This document shows, in pieces, positions 42,826-56,412 of a stretch of 64,000 nucleotides of DNA. Position 1 is the first letter of the stretch; every line of letters starts with the position of its first letter. Under the pieces are notes generated by a model. That model was not told the origin of the DNA. It ran no database searches and worked only from the letters and a program-made list of their open reading frames with translations. Origin of the DNA: Eledone cirrhosa. Lineage: Eukaryota. A program made the translations under genes and the position numbers. The stretch spans positions 29,326,001-29,390,000 of the forward strand of contig OZ024753.1 of the NCBI GenBank assembly GCA_964016885.1. The letters are read 5' to 3'.

Positions 42826-43569
42826 TATGTACACGTACATACATATATGTATACAGACGTACAGTAGTATGTATATATATATACATACATGCACACATAT
42901 ATATATATGTACGTATGGATTCACCGAACATTTATTATAATGCTCGATGTGTTTGTAAACAAACATCCCGTATTAAGCCGTAGTGTCTAGCAACCATCGT
43001 TGCTATGTGTGCATGTATGTATATATATATATATACATACTACTGTACGTCTGTATACATATATGTATGTACGTGTACATACTTATATTTAAGTAACAGC
43101 CGTACTAAGAGTCGGAAATGAAATTTCGTTTCATTTTTTCCGTTTATCGTTTTCGGTGCACCCGGCCGATTAACCCACTCGATATGCAAATTGGGCTACT
43201 CAGCCGTTAATATGCATAAGGTAAGTATATACGTTCAACAATCTGGCAGGAAGGTATACGTTGCTGACGATAGCTAATAAGCTTGAAACTAGTACAGCGT
43301 TCCTTTGTCAGTGTTGAACAAACGAGCAACGATGGTTGCTAGACACTACGGCTTAATACGGGATGTTTGTTTACAAACACACCGAGCATTATAATAAATG
43401 TTCGGTGAATCCATACGTACATATATATATATGTGTGCATGTATGTATATATATATACATACTACTGTACGTCTGTATACATATATGTATGTACGTGTAC
43501 ATACTTATATTTAAGTAACAGCCGTACTAAGAGTGGGAAATGAAATTTCGTTTCATTTTTTCCGTTTAT
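42821..43569 (+). mobile_element. Retrozyme-like / PLE pseudo-LTR cassette: inverted 184-bp segment + ~1.3 tandem copies of a ~426-bp unit with one hammerhead
   Basis: 42821-43004 is the reverse complement of ~43325-43508; 43005-43147 repeats at 43431-43569; both ends lie in (TA)n. Confidence 0.7.
43258..43300 (+). ncRNA. Type I hammerhead ribozyme motif
   Basis: ACGUUG-CUGACGA-uAGCU(aaua)AGCUu-GAAAC(ua)GUA-CAGCGU. Confidence 0.75.
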
Positions 43570-43698
43570 ATATATATATATAATAAATTTCTATATTAAA
43601 TGTGTTGTATACATTCTACTAATGTATTAAGTACCTTACTTACTGTGGTTACCCCCAATTGAACCCGGCACGTGTGTGTGTGTGAGAGAGAGAGAGAG

Positions 43699-43771
<73 letters not shown>

Positions 43772-44079
43772 GTGAGTAAAAACAGCAGAGAAATAAAGAA
43801 ATCATTGCTATAGGAAAATGAAAAAAAGAAAAAAAAGTGCTAGAAGTTGCATAAATGTAAATAACTGAATGTTGACTTGACGTTCGAATGCAGTGATGTA
43901 ATAGGATTTGATAATGATAGAGTATATCGCAGCAATGTAACTTGGACAGCGTAATTATGGATGTTACTGTCTTTACAGAGAACACCATTTTATTCTTTGT
44001 AGTCAATATCACCATTATATTTCATAGAGAAAACTTGGAGCTATACAGATAATATATATGTATGTACGTGCACACACAC

Positions 44080-44226
<147 letters not shown>

Positions 44227-44337
44227 CATATATATATACATATATATATACATATATATATACATATATATATACATATATATATATACATATATATATA
44301 CATATATATATACATATATATATACATATATATATAC

Positions 44338-44404
<67 letters not shown>

Positions 44405-44421
44405 CGTGCACACACACACAT

Positions 44422-44513
<92 letters not shown>

Positions 44514-44636
44514 TCAAGCTTGTAATTCAGTAAGCATGATTTAAGGGAGATTTGGATGATAATTCTTGCACAAAGATATTTATTTCATTCACTTACATAA
44601 GTGCACACGTGTTGACAGACAGACACACCCTGATAC

Positions 44637-44688
<52 letters not shown>

Positions 44689-44722
44689 ATTTATATATAT
44701 ATATATTTATATATATATATAT

Positions 44723-45024
44723 ATAAATTAATAAAATCAATGAAATAAAAACAAAGAACAAGTTCCTTATATTAAAAAATTCATCATTTTACGATCGTTT
44801 CTAGGATGTATATGTGTGTTGGTATGTATATCATATAGATCTATGTAAAAATAGTTCAAACTATCAGAGGAAATATACATACCTTCACGTATATATTTTT
44901 ACATAGATCTATATGATATACATACCAACACACATATACATCCTAGAAACGATCGTAAAATGATGATTTTTTTAATATAAGGAACTTGTTCTTTGTTTTT
45001 ATTTCATTGATTTTATTAATTTAT
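44723..45024. repeat. Inverted repeat, 131-bp arms, 40-bp spacer
   Basis: Arms 44723-44853 and 44894-45024; contains GAAAC(gatc)GTA. Confidence 0.95.
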
Positions 45025-46184
45025 CTTGACTCTGTTTTTCGTATGATTTTCATCGAACATTTTTGAATGCATCTTCTCTTTTCATGATATTTGGATTACA
45101 TTGAGTTCTACATACGGATTGGACACTACCGTATATTTTGGTAGATTTATCTACATATATATATTTATATAAACTGTTGAAGATCGCTTCGGTTTGTCTC
45201 ATATTATTATTAATGGTGAGGGGGGTGATTGTTGGACACCCTGCGGGATAAAAAACATAACCCGTTAAAGAACAGAGCAACTCATGAGAGACAAGGGCCA
45301 TCCAATAGTGTGTAAAAAAAAAACTGGTACATAAGTCCTTATACTTAATTAGCAGACTGTCTAGGAAAAGGATCGGTCAGATTTCAAAACTGGGGTAGAT
45401 AGGACTCAGTCACTTTAGTAACAACCTTGCACGTAACTAACGGCTTCATCCTTCTGATGAAAGTGAATGAACTGTGTCTCAGTAGCCAGCTTCCAAGTAA
45501 TGGTCAAGCGAGGATTCGGGACCCGCCGACGTCACTTTTGTTCTGGTAAGAATTATGGACATACAGCGTGATATAGATGAGCAATTGTCCATGGTCTCCA
45601 ACCCTCAGCAAAGAGGATGTGAAAACACCAGACCAGTCCAATCTTTATCTTTCCATTACTGATTCCTCGTATATATTTGTTTGTAGTGTTTTCCATGTGT
45701 TTTATTTCAGGAACTTTCCTGTCTTGTATTGATATGTATATTTTATGTCTCATTTTTCATACTTTAGCTTTCATGTCCTTAAATATAACTTGAATGAAAT
45801 ACATAATTCACAATCTATTGTGGCGAGTGTTTACACATACAACTGATGGCGCGGTCTTCCATCAGTCAACCTATATTTAATTACATCAGCAAATCAGGAA
45901 CCACGACCATCTGAGGTTTCATTTACTATTTCCATTTACATGTATTAGAAAAATAAATGGGCCTTAACTCATGAAGGAGTCGTAGGGATGCCATCCTGTT
46001 ACACTATATGTCTCATGCATGTTAAACGTGGTGCCTTATCTATCTATTTATCTATCTATATATCTCTCTCTCTCTATATATATATATATATCATCATCAT
46101 CATCCTCGTTTAACATCCATCTTCCACGCTAGCATGGGTTAGACGGTTTTGTTCCATCTGACCCATATATATATATATATATAT

Positions 46185-46251
<67 letters not shown>

Positions 46252-46271
46252 CGGTAAGTTAGTTCACCATA

Positions 46272-46311
46272 CCGAGAACGATTGTTTCACCTTAGCGGAT
46301 CCTCAGCTCGG
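46272..46311 (-). ncRNA. Minimal type I hammerhead motif
   Basis: CCGAG-CUGAGGA-uCC(gcuaa)GGu-GAAAC(aauc)GUU-CUCGG. Mutated sister copy at ~10660-10696(+). Confidence 0.7.
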
Positions 46312-46583
46312 ACTGGTCATGGTTATACGGAATAGGAAGAAGGTTCTTCGGTATGGTGAACTAACCGTTGTGTTACCATTTCTACCTAACTCGTCCCATG
46401 GACTGAGTGCTCTACCACTACGGATATTACCTTCCAGTGTTCTACCTATATATATATAAAAGGAATATTTAATACATTATTATCAATGCCAAATACACTT
46501 CAACATAGCAAGTTTACGCTCGTGTAATTGTTTCTACTTTTGGCACGAGGCCAGCAATTTGAAGGGAAGTGAAAAGTTGATTC

Positions 46584-46683
46584 GCATGTATGTGTGACCA
46601 TTGGTTTCAGTGTCCAGTTATAACCACCACTGTATAGTAGTGGCCATAATTGGACCTCGAAACCAATGGTCGCCCATACATGC
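46584..46683. repeat. Imperfect 100-bp hairpin
   Basis: gcatgtatgtgtgaccattggtttc...gaaaccaatggtcgcccatacatgc. Confidence 0.8.
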
Positions 46684-47439
46684 TAAGTGTATGAAATTTT
46701 ATTGGTACTATATATTTTTTTTTTTTCGTTCTTCTGGCCTCACTGCACATTGACGTGGAAGGTGTTGTTTATCCCTTTCTGTTTTAACTAGTAAATGTAT
46801 CTTGTTGGTGAGGTAGAATTACGTTTGTTTCTGAGTATGGGTGTTGAAGGTTTCTTTCATCAGCTAAGTGTACATTACGTTAATACCGTTGTCCAAATGT
46901 ATAATGGCTCTATACATCAGCTCTTTCGAAAGTTATCTGTTATTTAGGGTGCATCTAATTGCATTTCTATGGATACATTCGTCCAGAATTTAGTCTGTGA
47001 CATGTCTAAATGCTTTTATTATGGTTTACAATCTTACTTCCCATTTTAGTACAACTCTTATGAGCCCCCAAGCAATAGGTGGGTACTGCTGCCTACAACT
47101 TGCCAATAAATAAATGGAAGGAAAAATCATATCATTTTTTAAAGGTAGAAAGCCTCGTTTATTAATGGAAACAGTAAAGGTAATGTTCTGAGTAATTTAT
47201 AGAAATGAATTGACTAATAAACAGTTCGCGTCCTTCTAGTCATCGGGTCGTTTAAAACATTTTGAAAGCTACAATACCAATGTGACCACTTTGTTTGAGC
47301 TTACAAATAAGATTATGTAACACCAAATTATTTCGGTAATAAAATGTTCTACACCATTCTATGTTTGCAGTTAACTACACAAGTTTATCTCTTTCAACTA
47401 TATATTTTTTTATGCTAGTCGCTTCATTTTCCTTCTAAG

Positions 47440-47486
47440 ATATGGCGTCCACTGCCAACGTGGAAGCCATGCAGAATAAATCCATG
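47440..47486 (+). other. Candidate small coding exon (MASTANVEAMQNKSM)
   Basis: Pyrimidine-rich acceptor ttcattttccttctaag, ATG at 47442, 15 open codons, donor ATG|gtaacg; GC-richer than its flanks. No homology recognised. Confidence 0.25.
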
Positions 47487-47601
47487 GTAACGCTTTATCT
47501 TTTTCTTCTATAATTGCTTTCCTTAAACTATGTTATTCATTCCTGAGAACCAGTAGCAACAAAAGTGATAGCTGTAATATATTAGGAATAGCAGTTGTAA
47601 C

Positions 47602-47890
47602 GTCGAGGCGCGTGGCCTAGTGGTAAGGGTGTTGAACTTACGATCATGATAATGTGAGTTTGATTCCTGGACCGGGTTGCGTGTTGTGTTCTTGAGCAAA
47701 ACACTTCATTTCACGTTGCTCCAGTATACTCAGCTGAAAATGAGTACCAGCAATAGCTGGGGGTTTAACCCTGCAATGGACTGGCGTCATGTCCAGGGGG
47801 GAGTCTTGTACTCTCAATCGCTTCACGCCATGAAACCGGGATAAGCACCGGCTTAGGGAGCCTTCTGGCTTAAGACAGACTTTAGACTTT
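47602..47890 (+). mobile_element. tRNA-derived SINE family 2 (CORE/V-like central blocks), full length
   Basis: A-box tggcctagtgg, B-box gagtttgattcc, gtgttcttgagcaaaacactt block, aaccctgcaatggactggcgtc.tgtccaggg block, (agacttt)2 tail; TSD agttgtaac at 47593-47601 and 47891-47899. Confidence 0.85.
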
Positions 47891-48879
47891 AGTTGTAACA
47901 GCTATAGTAACAACAATAGTAAGATGTCTCACAAGAATCTGTCGGTAAGTTAAACGGCTGGGTGAATAAATGATTGTGCAGGCAAGAAATATTTTAAAGA
48001 TCTTGATTCAATGATTTGAATTTGCCATCTTTCCTGCTGTCGTTTTATATCTGACTGTCGAGCTAAGCCCTGATGTTTCGTTTAAAATACTACACGCATG
48101 ACAGATTTTGCATTACATAACAGTAATTTCGTTCGCCTCCGTTTAATTTCGCCCTTCTCCCGTTGCTCCTAAAAACTCTTCTTTGTGTACAGTAAAAAAA
48201 AATTGAAACCTATTAGATCTATTAATATATACACTGTAAGCTGTATGTTGAGTCGTCGACCAATGTAGTGTTGTTTCGTTGAAGTAAATAGCTGATTGCT
48301 TCACTAAAACGAAGCAACAAATGGTACCAGTTTATAACTATTACAGCACTGACAATTATCCCGATCATGAATGTGGCTTTGTAGAGCGATAAAATCTATC
48401 TTGTACTAATATAAAATCTGGTCTTCGGCGTTGCCAAGTGACCCATTGAGATATCGAATTTGTTCACATAATGACAGCAACGAGGATTACCCATCAATCA
48501 TTTTACTACTGCCAAACCAACCCAACCACCTCAAACACTACCAATACCAACACATCTACAACCACCACAAATAACTAACGTAAGCAAGAGTACACATCTC
48601 AATCTAAATATTAAATGTTAAACAGAGACTATTTGCTTACCTGCCTTTTTACCTGTCCATCTTTCTGTTTGTCTGCCTAGCCCGAAAGAAAGCTATGCGG
48701 CCACACTCACAGAAGCTCGCATTTATTATTATAGATTCATACACACACGCATATATATATTTATATATACACGGTCTCTCTCTCTGCCTCTCTAAATATA
48801 TATATATATATATATCCCGTTCTTGCTTTCCTCTTTTTATAAGTACACCTTATCCAGCAACTATACAGCCTCTATTTAT

Positions 48880-48932
<53 letters not shown>

Positions 48933-48947
48933 CATATATATATATAT

Positions 48948-49129
<182 letters not shown>

Positions 49130-49135
49130 ATATAT

Positions 49136-49166
<31 letters not shown>

Positions 49167-49950
49167 CATACATATATATATTACATTCATTCGCGCACGA
49201 ATGAACACACACGCACACATATATATGTGTACGTATATCATTCTTATATTTATAGATAAATATTTCAATAATATTCTCATATATAATACTGGCAGCCATT
49301 TACCGAATATGGATTTACGCTGATGATTTTTCATCCAATTCAATGGTCAGCAATAGATTTATTTCAATCTGGGTTGTGGTTGCTGTGCAAATCCAGCAAA
49401 GACCTTTATTGCACAAGTTGAGCAAAAGGGTAAATCTGATGAATGGGTTTTTCGACTTAACCCATCGTTAAGGAAAATCTTAATGGTTATATTAAGTTAA
49501 TCAGTGACTATGTCCATCAAATGTAACTACAGCAGTTGTCCATTAAGTATTCGAAGCAGAAATTGAGTATCAAAACCAAATGTTATCAATATGATTGATA
49601 CATATTTCAGTCAGCCCTGGTTATTCTAGCAATTAATCAAGTCGTACCAGGCGTGATCATCGCAATGTTCTTTCTATTTAACGTCTTCCTTTCGTAAAAC
49701 GATAGGGAGTGGGTTTAAGTGAGATTTAGTTGTTTTCCTTATGACATGTAGAGTGATCACATAGTGATTCCGTCATCGACTCCATTTATATTTGGGGGTA
49801 ACATAAAGCGCAAGGCCGAGAAGATGGCAACCTTGCGGTCATGAATTCGATCGCACTGCTCAAAATTTGGAGAAAATTATAATCTATAGCTTCGAATCGA
49901 ATTAAACATACAGACATATATATATATATATATATATACACACATGTATG

Positions 49951-50022
<72 letters not shown>

Positions 50023-50576
50023 TGTATGTATGTATATATATATAGTAATAATAATTACGCATATCAAAATCCGAAAAGGGCTCGATAAGGATTTCGATAT
50101 ATAAATATATCAAAAAAAGTATATATAAACCCGTAGAGCAAATATTTATTATTAGTACAGATTAAAATGTAAGCAAAGAATTTCTGCTTTCACCCTATTA
50201 CTGGATTTTTTTGCGGTGTGGGGGGGGGGATACATGTGTATCTAATCAGTGTTGTTTGATCCAAGCAATCTACCAGCTTCTAAGTCTCAGAAGATCACGT
50301 GTAGGCGCGTGACAGAGTGGTTAAAATAATTGGATTCCCAACTGTGAGATTGTGAGTTCGATTCCTTGAGGAAGACTTGGATTTGCGACCGGTAGATAGT
50401 ATCAGCAATGGAAAAGACCAATGGAAACATTGTTTGCTCGGTCAGATTTGACGAGTTCCACTCCACTCATTAAGCGAATGAAGCTTGGGATTTTGTCGAT
50501 CGACATGTGTCTACTCAGGGAGTTTACTTAACATTCCCTATTGAATACACCGGTACTAGAAGTGAAACCCATGCTA

Positions 50577-50668
50577 GTTGACTTTGCCTTTCATCCTTAC
50601 GGGGTCGATAAAATAAAGTACCAGTAATACACTGGGTGATTGCTGGCCTTGTGCCAAAAGTAGAAACA

Positions 50669-50671
<3 letters not shown>
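50577..50671 (+). mobile_element. SINE family 1, 3' half
   Basis: Core plus tail followed by (tta)n. Confidence 0.85.
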
Positions 50672-50703
<32 letters not shown>

Positions 50704-50734
50704 ATTCTCTAACCACTCAATCACGCGCCTTCAC

Positions 50735-50782
<48 letters not shown>

Positions 50783-50927
50783 AAATGGGGTATATGCATA
50801 CACACATGTATCTATATATCCAGAAATTTTGTAATCACTTCCTTTTTCTCCATCCTTTTCTCTCTCTCATTCTCTCTTTCTTTCTCTCTCTCTATCTGTA
50901 TACATACACACATACAATGTGTATATG

Positions 50928-51062
<135 letters not shown>

Positions 51063-51558
51063 ATAAGCATAGATTTATATTCATGTATAAGTATATATTC
51101 ATATGTGTGAATGTATGTGAGTGAGTGCGAGTATGTGTATGTGTGTTTGTGTATTTATGTATGTATGTGTGTGTATGTATGTGTGTGTATGTGTGTATGT
51201 ATGTGTGAATGTGTGTGTATGTAAACGATCGCTAATACCAATGTGTATATAGTGACACTGACACACAAGCCAGAGTATTACCAGGCACTAGACCAGCGTC
51301 ACAGTGAATTCCTTCTATCTACTTAATTGAGCAGACGACGTTGAGGTCTCCATAGTAACCACCTAGTCAGGTGAATTCTCACAAAAAGCTAGTCATTGAT
51401 TATCTCACTTGTAACCAATTATTTATTTCTTCAGCCTTGCTCTCTCTCTCTCATTATTCATAATCTTTGTAACTTTTAGATGTGGTTTATTGTTACTCTG
51501 TGTATATATATATACACATACACACACACAGACACTCATATGTGTGTGTGTATGTGTA

Positions 51559-51620
<62 letters not shown>

Positions 51621-51621
51621 G

Positions 51622-51662
51622 CTTTCCTGATGATTTCTCCCGAATGAAACAGCTCTCGTCCT
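51622..51662 (+). ncRNA. Hammerhead-like core
   Basis: CUGAUGA-uUUC(uccc)GAAu-GAAAC(agcu)...; same family as 23046-23174. Helix I is not convincing. Confidence 0.45.
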
Positions 51663-51756
51663 GTAGAAGCCATTTCTAGTATATTAAATATTTATACTCT
51701 GCTATGTATTGAATACCTTACTCATTATAGTCACCCCCGATTGAACCCGGGATTGA

Positions 51757-51848
<92 letters not shown>

Positions 51849-51922
51849 GGATGTCCTCAAAATGTATACATATAGTTATTAGAATGCCGTCGAAGTGTGT
51901 ATACATTTTTGAGACACCCTGT

Positions 51923-51954
<32 letters not shown>

Positions 51955-52617
51955 CATACAAATGTGCGTATATATCTATATACATAAATATATACATACA
52001 CATACAAACACATTCAGACACACACATAGATATATTAGTGAGAAACATATATGTTGCAGATACAAAAAGAATATTATTTAAGAGTATTAATCTTAGCAGA
52101 GGAATCTAAGGAATAAGTGGTTTCTATTTCGAAATTATTAGCATATCTCTCAGTATAATATTCAGAAATAGAAGCTTTCTGATCGTGATTTCTCTGCTTT
52201 CGGTTATATACGAAGATAATATCGTTCGTGGTATACAGGCTTATATGCAACAAACTTGGTGACCCATATATCAGAAGCACTGTCCGGAAAGCACGCATAC
52301 TGATCAAAGAATATATGAACACGTGTGTTTGCTCCGTCAAAAAATATCTAGAAAATTCTAAACTCGAGATATTGACGTCACCATACATGCCATCGAGATA
52401 AATATGAGAAATGTATGCATAAAAAAAGTTATTGTTATCAACAGGCATAAACTTATTATAAATAACAGATTTGAGCTATCACAGTTGTCTGTGCATGTCA
52501 CCTTTCCAACGACTGGTTTCCTCTACCGGTTATTACAACAAAGAGTAACTCGGAAGAAGATTCTCCCCCTTTCTTAAAGATGTTCTGTCTTCGAAGTATT
52601 ATGAGATACATAACAGT

Positions 52618-52832
52618 GACGGTGGATTGGCAGTAATCGGTAGAGCGTCATACATCATACTTTGCAGTATAGAGTTATAGCTCTTTACTTCTGAGTTCAA
52701 ATCCCGAGGTTAGCTTTGCCTTTCATCCTTACAGGGTCGATAAAATAAAGCACCAGTAAGGTACTAGGGGTGATTTAATCGACTTTCCCACCCTTTAAAA
52801 TGACTGGCCTTGTACTTAAAGTAGAAACAATT
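52618..52832 (+). mobile_element. SINE family 1, long variant
   Basis: A/B boxes, core and tail; degenerate TSD attatgagatacataa/attataagatatataa. Confidence 0.85.
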
Positions 52833-53058
52833 ATAAGATATATAATACAACTCTTGTTTTCTTTCGTCCTTAATCTAATCTACTCCAGTTCCATTATTGT
52901 ATTTCCTATTCGCATTGTACTGGCTTTCACAAAACATTCTTAACGAAGATATTTTCTTTGCATCTACGTGATATTTGTATTATTAATATCTACTAAACCT
53001 TTTAGGATTTGTTATATCTGAAAGTTAAGTTCTCTCGTGTATAATTCTATATAAATAT

Positions 53059-53431
53059 AATTGTTTCTACTTTTGGCACAAGGCCAGCAATTATCCCAGT
53101 GCATTACTGGTACTTTATTTTATCGACCCCGAAAGGATGAAAGGCAAAGTTAACCTTGGCGAGATTTGAACTCAGACTGCAAAGGGACGTAACTCTATGC
53201 TACAAAGCATGGTGACCGACCCTCTACCGATTCTGCCAAAATATAATTGTTTCTACTTTAGGCACAAGGCCAGCAATTATCCAGTGCAGTACTGGTACTT
53301 TATTTTATCGACCCCGTAAGGATGAAAGGCAAAGTCAACCTCGGCGGGATTTGAACTCAGATCGTAAAGGGACGTAACTATGCTGGAAAGCATGGCGTCC
53401 GACCCTCTACCGATGCTGCCAATCCACTGCC
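53059..53431 (-). mobile_element. Two head-to-tail SINE family 1 copies (53059-53238; 53245-53431)
   Basis: Second copy flanked by 15-bp ctgccaaaatataat at 53233-53247 and 53427-53441. Confidence 0.9.
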
Positions 53432-53523
53432 AAAATATAATGTCACATTGTTCGCCTGGTTCGAAGTAGTTTTGATTACTTTCGGTAGAAGAAGGACGTT
53501 TTTTTTTTCAATGATCTAATTTT

Positions 53524-53685
53524 GTGGTTCCCAAAGTAGGTTCCGCAGAATGTGTGGGTCTCCGTGAAAAGAGGTAGACAAGTATATTTATATTACGACC
53601 ATATAACAGTATTAGACTTTGGGGTTCCCCCAAAAGTTTGTGAACCAAAAAGGGTTCCGCATTTGAAAATGTTTGGGAAACCCTG
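53524..53685. mobile_element. hAT(Charlie)-like MITE
   Basis: gtggttcccaaa...tttgggaaaccctg termini; internal ggttccgc repeats. Confidence 0.5.
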
Positions 53686-53754
53686 ATCAAATGGCTACAT
53701 ATTATTTCTATTGTCATAACTAAACGCGGCTTTGGGTTCTTATTCTGAAAAAGT

Positions 53755-53944
53755 GCCGGTGGATTGGCAGTATCGGTAGAGAGTCGGACGCCATGCTTTG
53801 ACGCATAGACATACGGCCCTTTCCATTCTGAGTTCAAATTCTGCCGAGGTTAACTTTGCCTTTCATCCTTACGGGCTCGATAAAATAAAGTACCAGTAAT
53901 GCACTGGGATAATTGTTGGCCTTGTGCCAAATGTAGAAACAATT
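53755..53944 (+). mobile_element. SINE family 1, short variant
   Basis: Near-perfect 15-bp TSD ttattctg(a/c)aaaagt. Confidence 0.9.
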
Positions 53945-54502
53945 ATTCTGCAAAAGTAGTATTTCCATAATATACGACACCCAAAACGATCAAAAGACTG
54001 GAATACATGGGCATCAGAGACTGTAGAGTATTTAGGCTATTTGCTATGTCCTTGGGTTTAACTAACAACATTTCCCCCTGTATATGTTCAATTACTTTAA
54101 TCATTTGTTTGGTCTGAAAATATTTCCTGTCTGTTCTAGCAGTCTATTTAGGTTCAAAGGGCAATAAATGGCTGATATTTTATAGCGTCGGCTAAAATAC
54201 TTTGTGTTATTCAGTCACATCAATTTACGATCTAAGATCAACGATAGACTTGAACCAATTTAGCTGTCATCCATCAGGAGACGATAAAATTATGTACAAA
54301 TTTAGTAATGTTAAATCCTATTCACTATTCCCCATCCCGAAATGTTTAGCCTTGTGCTTAGGTAAGAAATTATCATCTCAAGGGATAAAGGCCCGACCAA
54401 CTGTCAATACACGTGTTGACTTCCTCTTCCATTATGTACATATATGTATACGCTTATTTACACACACACACATACTTATATGTATGTATATCCATATATA
54501 CA

Positions 54503-54592
<90 letters not shown>

Positions 54593-54676
54593 AGTGTGAC
54601 AAACTAGACATTGAATATACATGAAGAAATAAAGAGACATTCAACTTATGATCAGAGGTATATCCGTTACGAAGGA

Positions 54677-54707
<31 letters not shown>

Positions 54708-54710
<3 letters not shown>

Positions 54711-55289
54711 TGGCTGCCAACTCGTTTTCGAGTACGGCCACTACTTTATATCCCTGTAGGAGAACCCCTACCGATGCGCTGAACGAGTGACTTTTTAGTC
54801 CAGCCACAAACACTACACTTGTGACAATTATTGACATATAGTTCTGGGCCCATGGTACCATGTGACGACAAGTGCAGAGAGATCTCCAGATATAAAGCAA
54901 TGCCCGTGAAGCTTTTATAGTGAGCAAAGGCACTGCACAAAGCCAGTCCCACTCTCTTAACCAAGATGATAATTACCAAAAAGAAGAACAAGTCAACATC
55001 ATTGGATACCATCAGGGTTGCAGGTGTTATATCAGAGTTTTCCATCTCCTAGAATTCTGCCTTGACAAAGGCTAAGGGGTCATCTCTCCCACTGATTTTG
55101 GATGGCCATTGACTCTTAAGAGCTCCTTTGCCCTTTGACAGGTTTTGCTTTTAGTCCTTCAGGATGTCCAAAGTCACTCTCCTCACCAAGAAACCTTGGT
55201 GGGGTTGCCAGTTTAGTCGCCAACGACCCGACCATGAGACAGGTTGTACTGGGATACATGTTACCAGTAGCACCAACTGGTAACCTGAC
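54708..55289 (-). mobile_element. Probable RTE-type LINE 5' region inserted in (TA)n
   Basis: GC-richer island with minus-strand motif ggcagaattctaggagatggaaaactctga, which resembles a motif I recall from RTE 5' regions. No protein homology seen. Confidence 0.4.
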
Positions 55290-55301
55290 ATATATATATA
55301 T

Positions 55302-55350
<49 letters not shown>

Positions 55351-55413
55351 GGGTGCCCCAAAATATGTATGCACACTTTTATTAGAATGTTGTTGAAGCG
55401 TGTATATATACCC

Positions 55414-55445
<32 letters not shown>

Positions 55446-55598
55446 ATGTATATATATATACATTATAATATATACTATATATACACCCAGACATAAATGC
55501 ACACAGATGTTTATATATAATTCTAAAAATAGGAATATGTGTTTCTATATATCACTACACAACAAATATATAACACCCTCAGAAGGCTGCATACATAT

Positions 55599-55718
55599 AA
55601 TTGTTTCTACCTTTGGCACAAGGCCACCAATTTTTTTCAGTATATTACTGGTACTTCATTTTATCGACCCCGTAAGGATGAAAGGCAAAGTTAACCTCGG
55701 CGGGATTTGAACTCAGAA
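55599..55718 (-). mobile_element. SINE family 1, truncated
   Basis: Tail, core and B-box. Confidence 0.85.
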
Positions 55719-56102
55719 TAATATATTATACACGCTTAACTTTCAACATACACTACCACAATGACACATAGCAATCTGTTTGTGGCGTTGATATAATTTC
55801 TGAAAAGATCTGAAGTATCTCGCCCAAATTGGGAATGTAAAAAACGGAAGCATTTCAGATCAGAAAATGTGCGGGCGTATAAAGCCGACTTTATTGAATT
55901 TCATAGCATTTTCTCATTCTAATTCTCACATCTACATGTGATATATAGAGAAACCATTCCTGCTCGCCAACTCTTTTTCGGTCATTTGTAATACATTTGA
56001 CTAATGATTTGGTTGGTAAGCATTACTTATGGAAAATTGTCAGGCCATGAAACTTTTAGCAGCGCAATAGATTATCGTGTATATGAATCATTATATAAAG
56101 GG

Positions 56103-56134
<32 letters not shown>

Positions 56135-56412
56135 AAAGAAAAATAGTTGACAGGTCTGGAAAATGTATTTTATGAATATATTCAAGTATGTTGACTTCTT
56201 TAGACCTGTTTTAGTTTAAATAAATTATTACTTAGATGTTTATTCAAATTATTTGTTACACTAAAATACCTGCAATAATGTAGATTATATTGATTTTCGG
56301 ATTTCAGTATAAACCAATTTGTTTATAAAATGTATTATTTTTTTTCTCAAGTAAACGTTGTTGTAAGTTAATAACTTCTCAAAATATTGAAATGTAGAAG
56401 ATAATTATTTCA

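Noticed and set aside
47602-47680. tRNA genes (also SINE family 1 heads and ~50303-50368)
   Set aside because: A/B boxes are present but there is no complete cloverleaf, and they continue into SINE bodies or are degenerate.
52074-52448. 124-aa minus-strand ORF in unique sequence
   Set aside because: No recognisable domain or convincing splice sites.
56107-56134. Poly-C/G run as a G-quadruplex element
   Set aside because: Simple homopolymer; no functional evidence and length is unreliable in assemblies.
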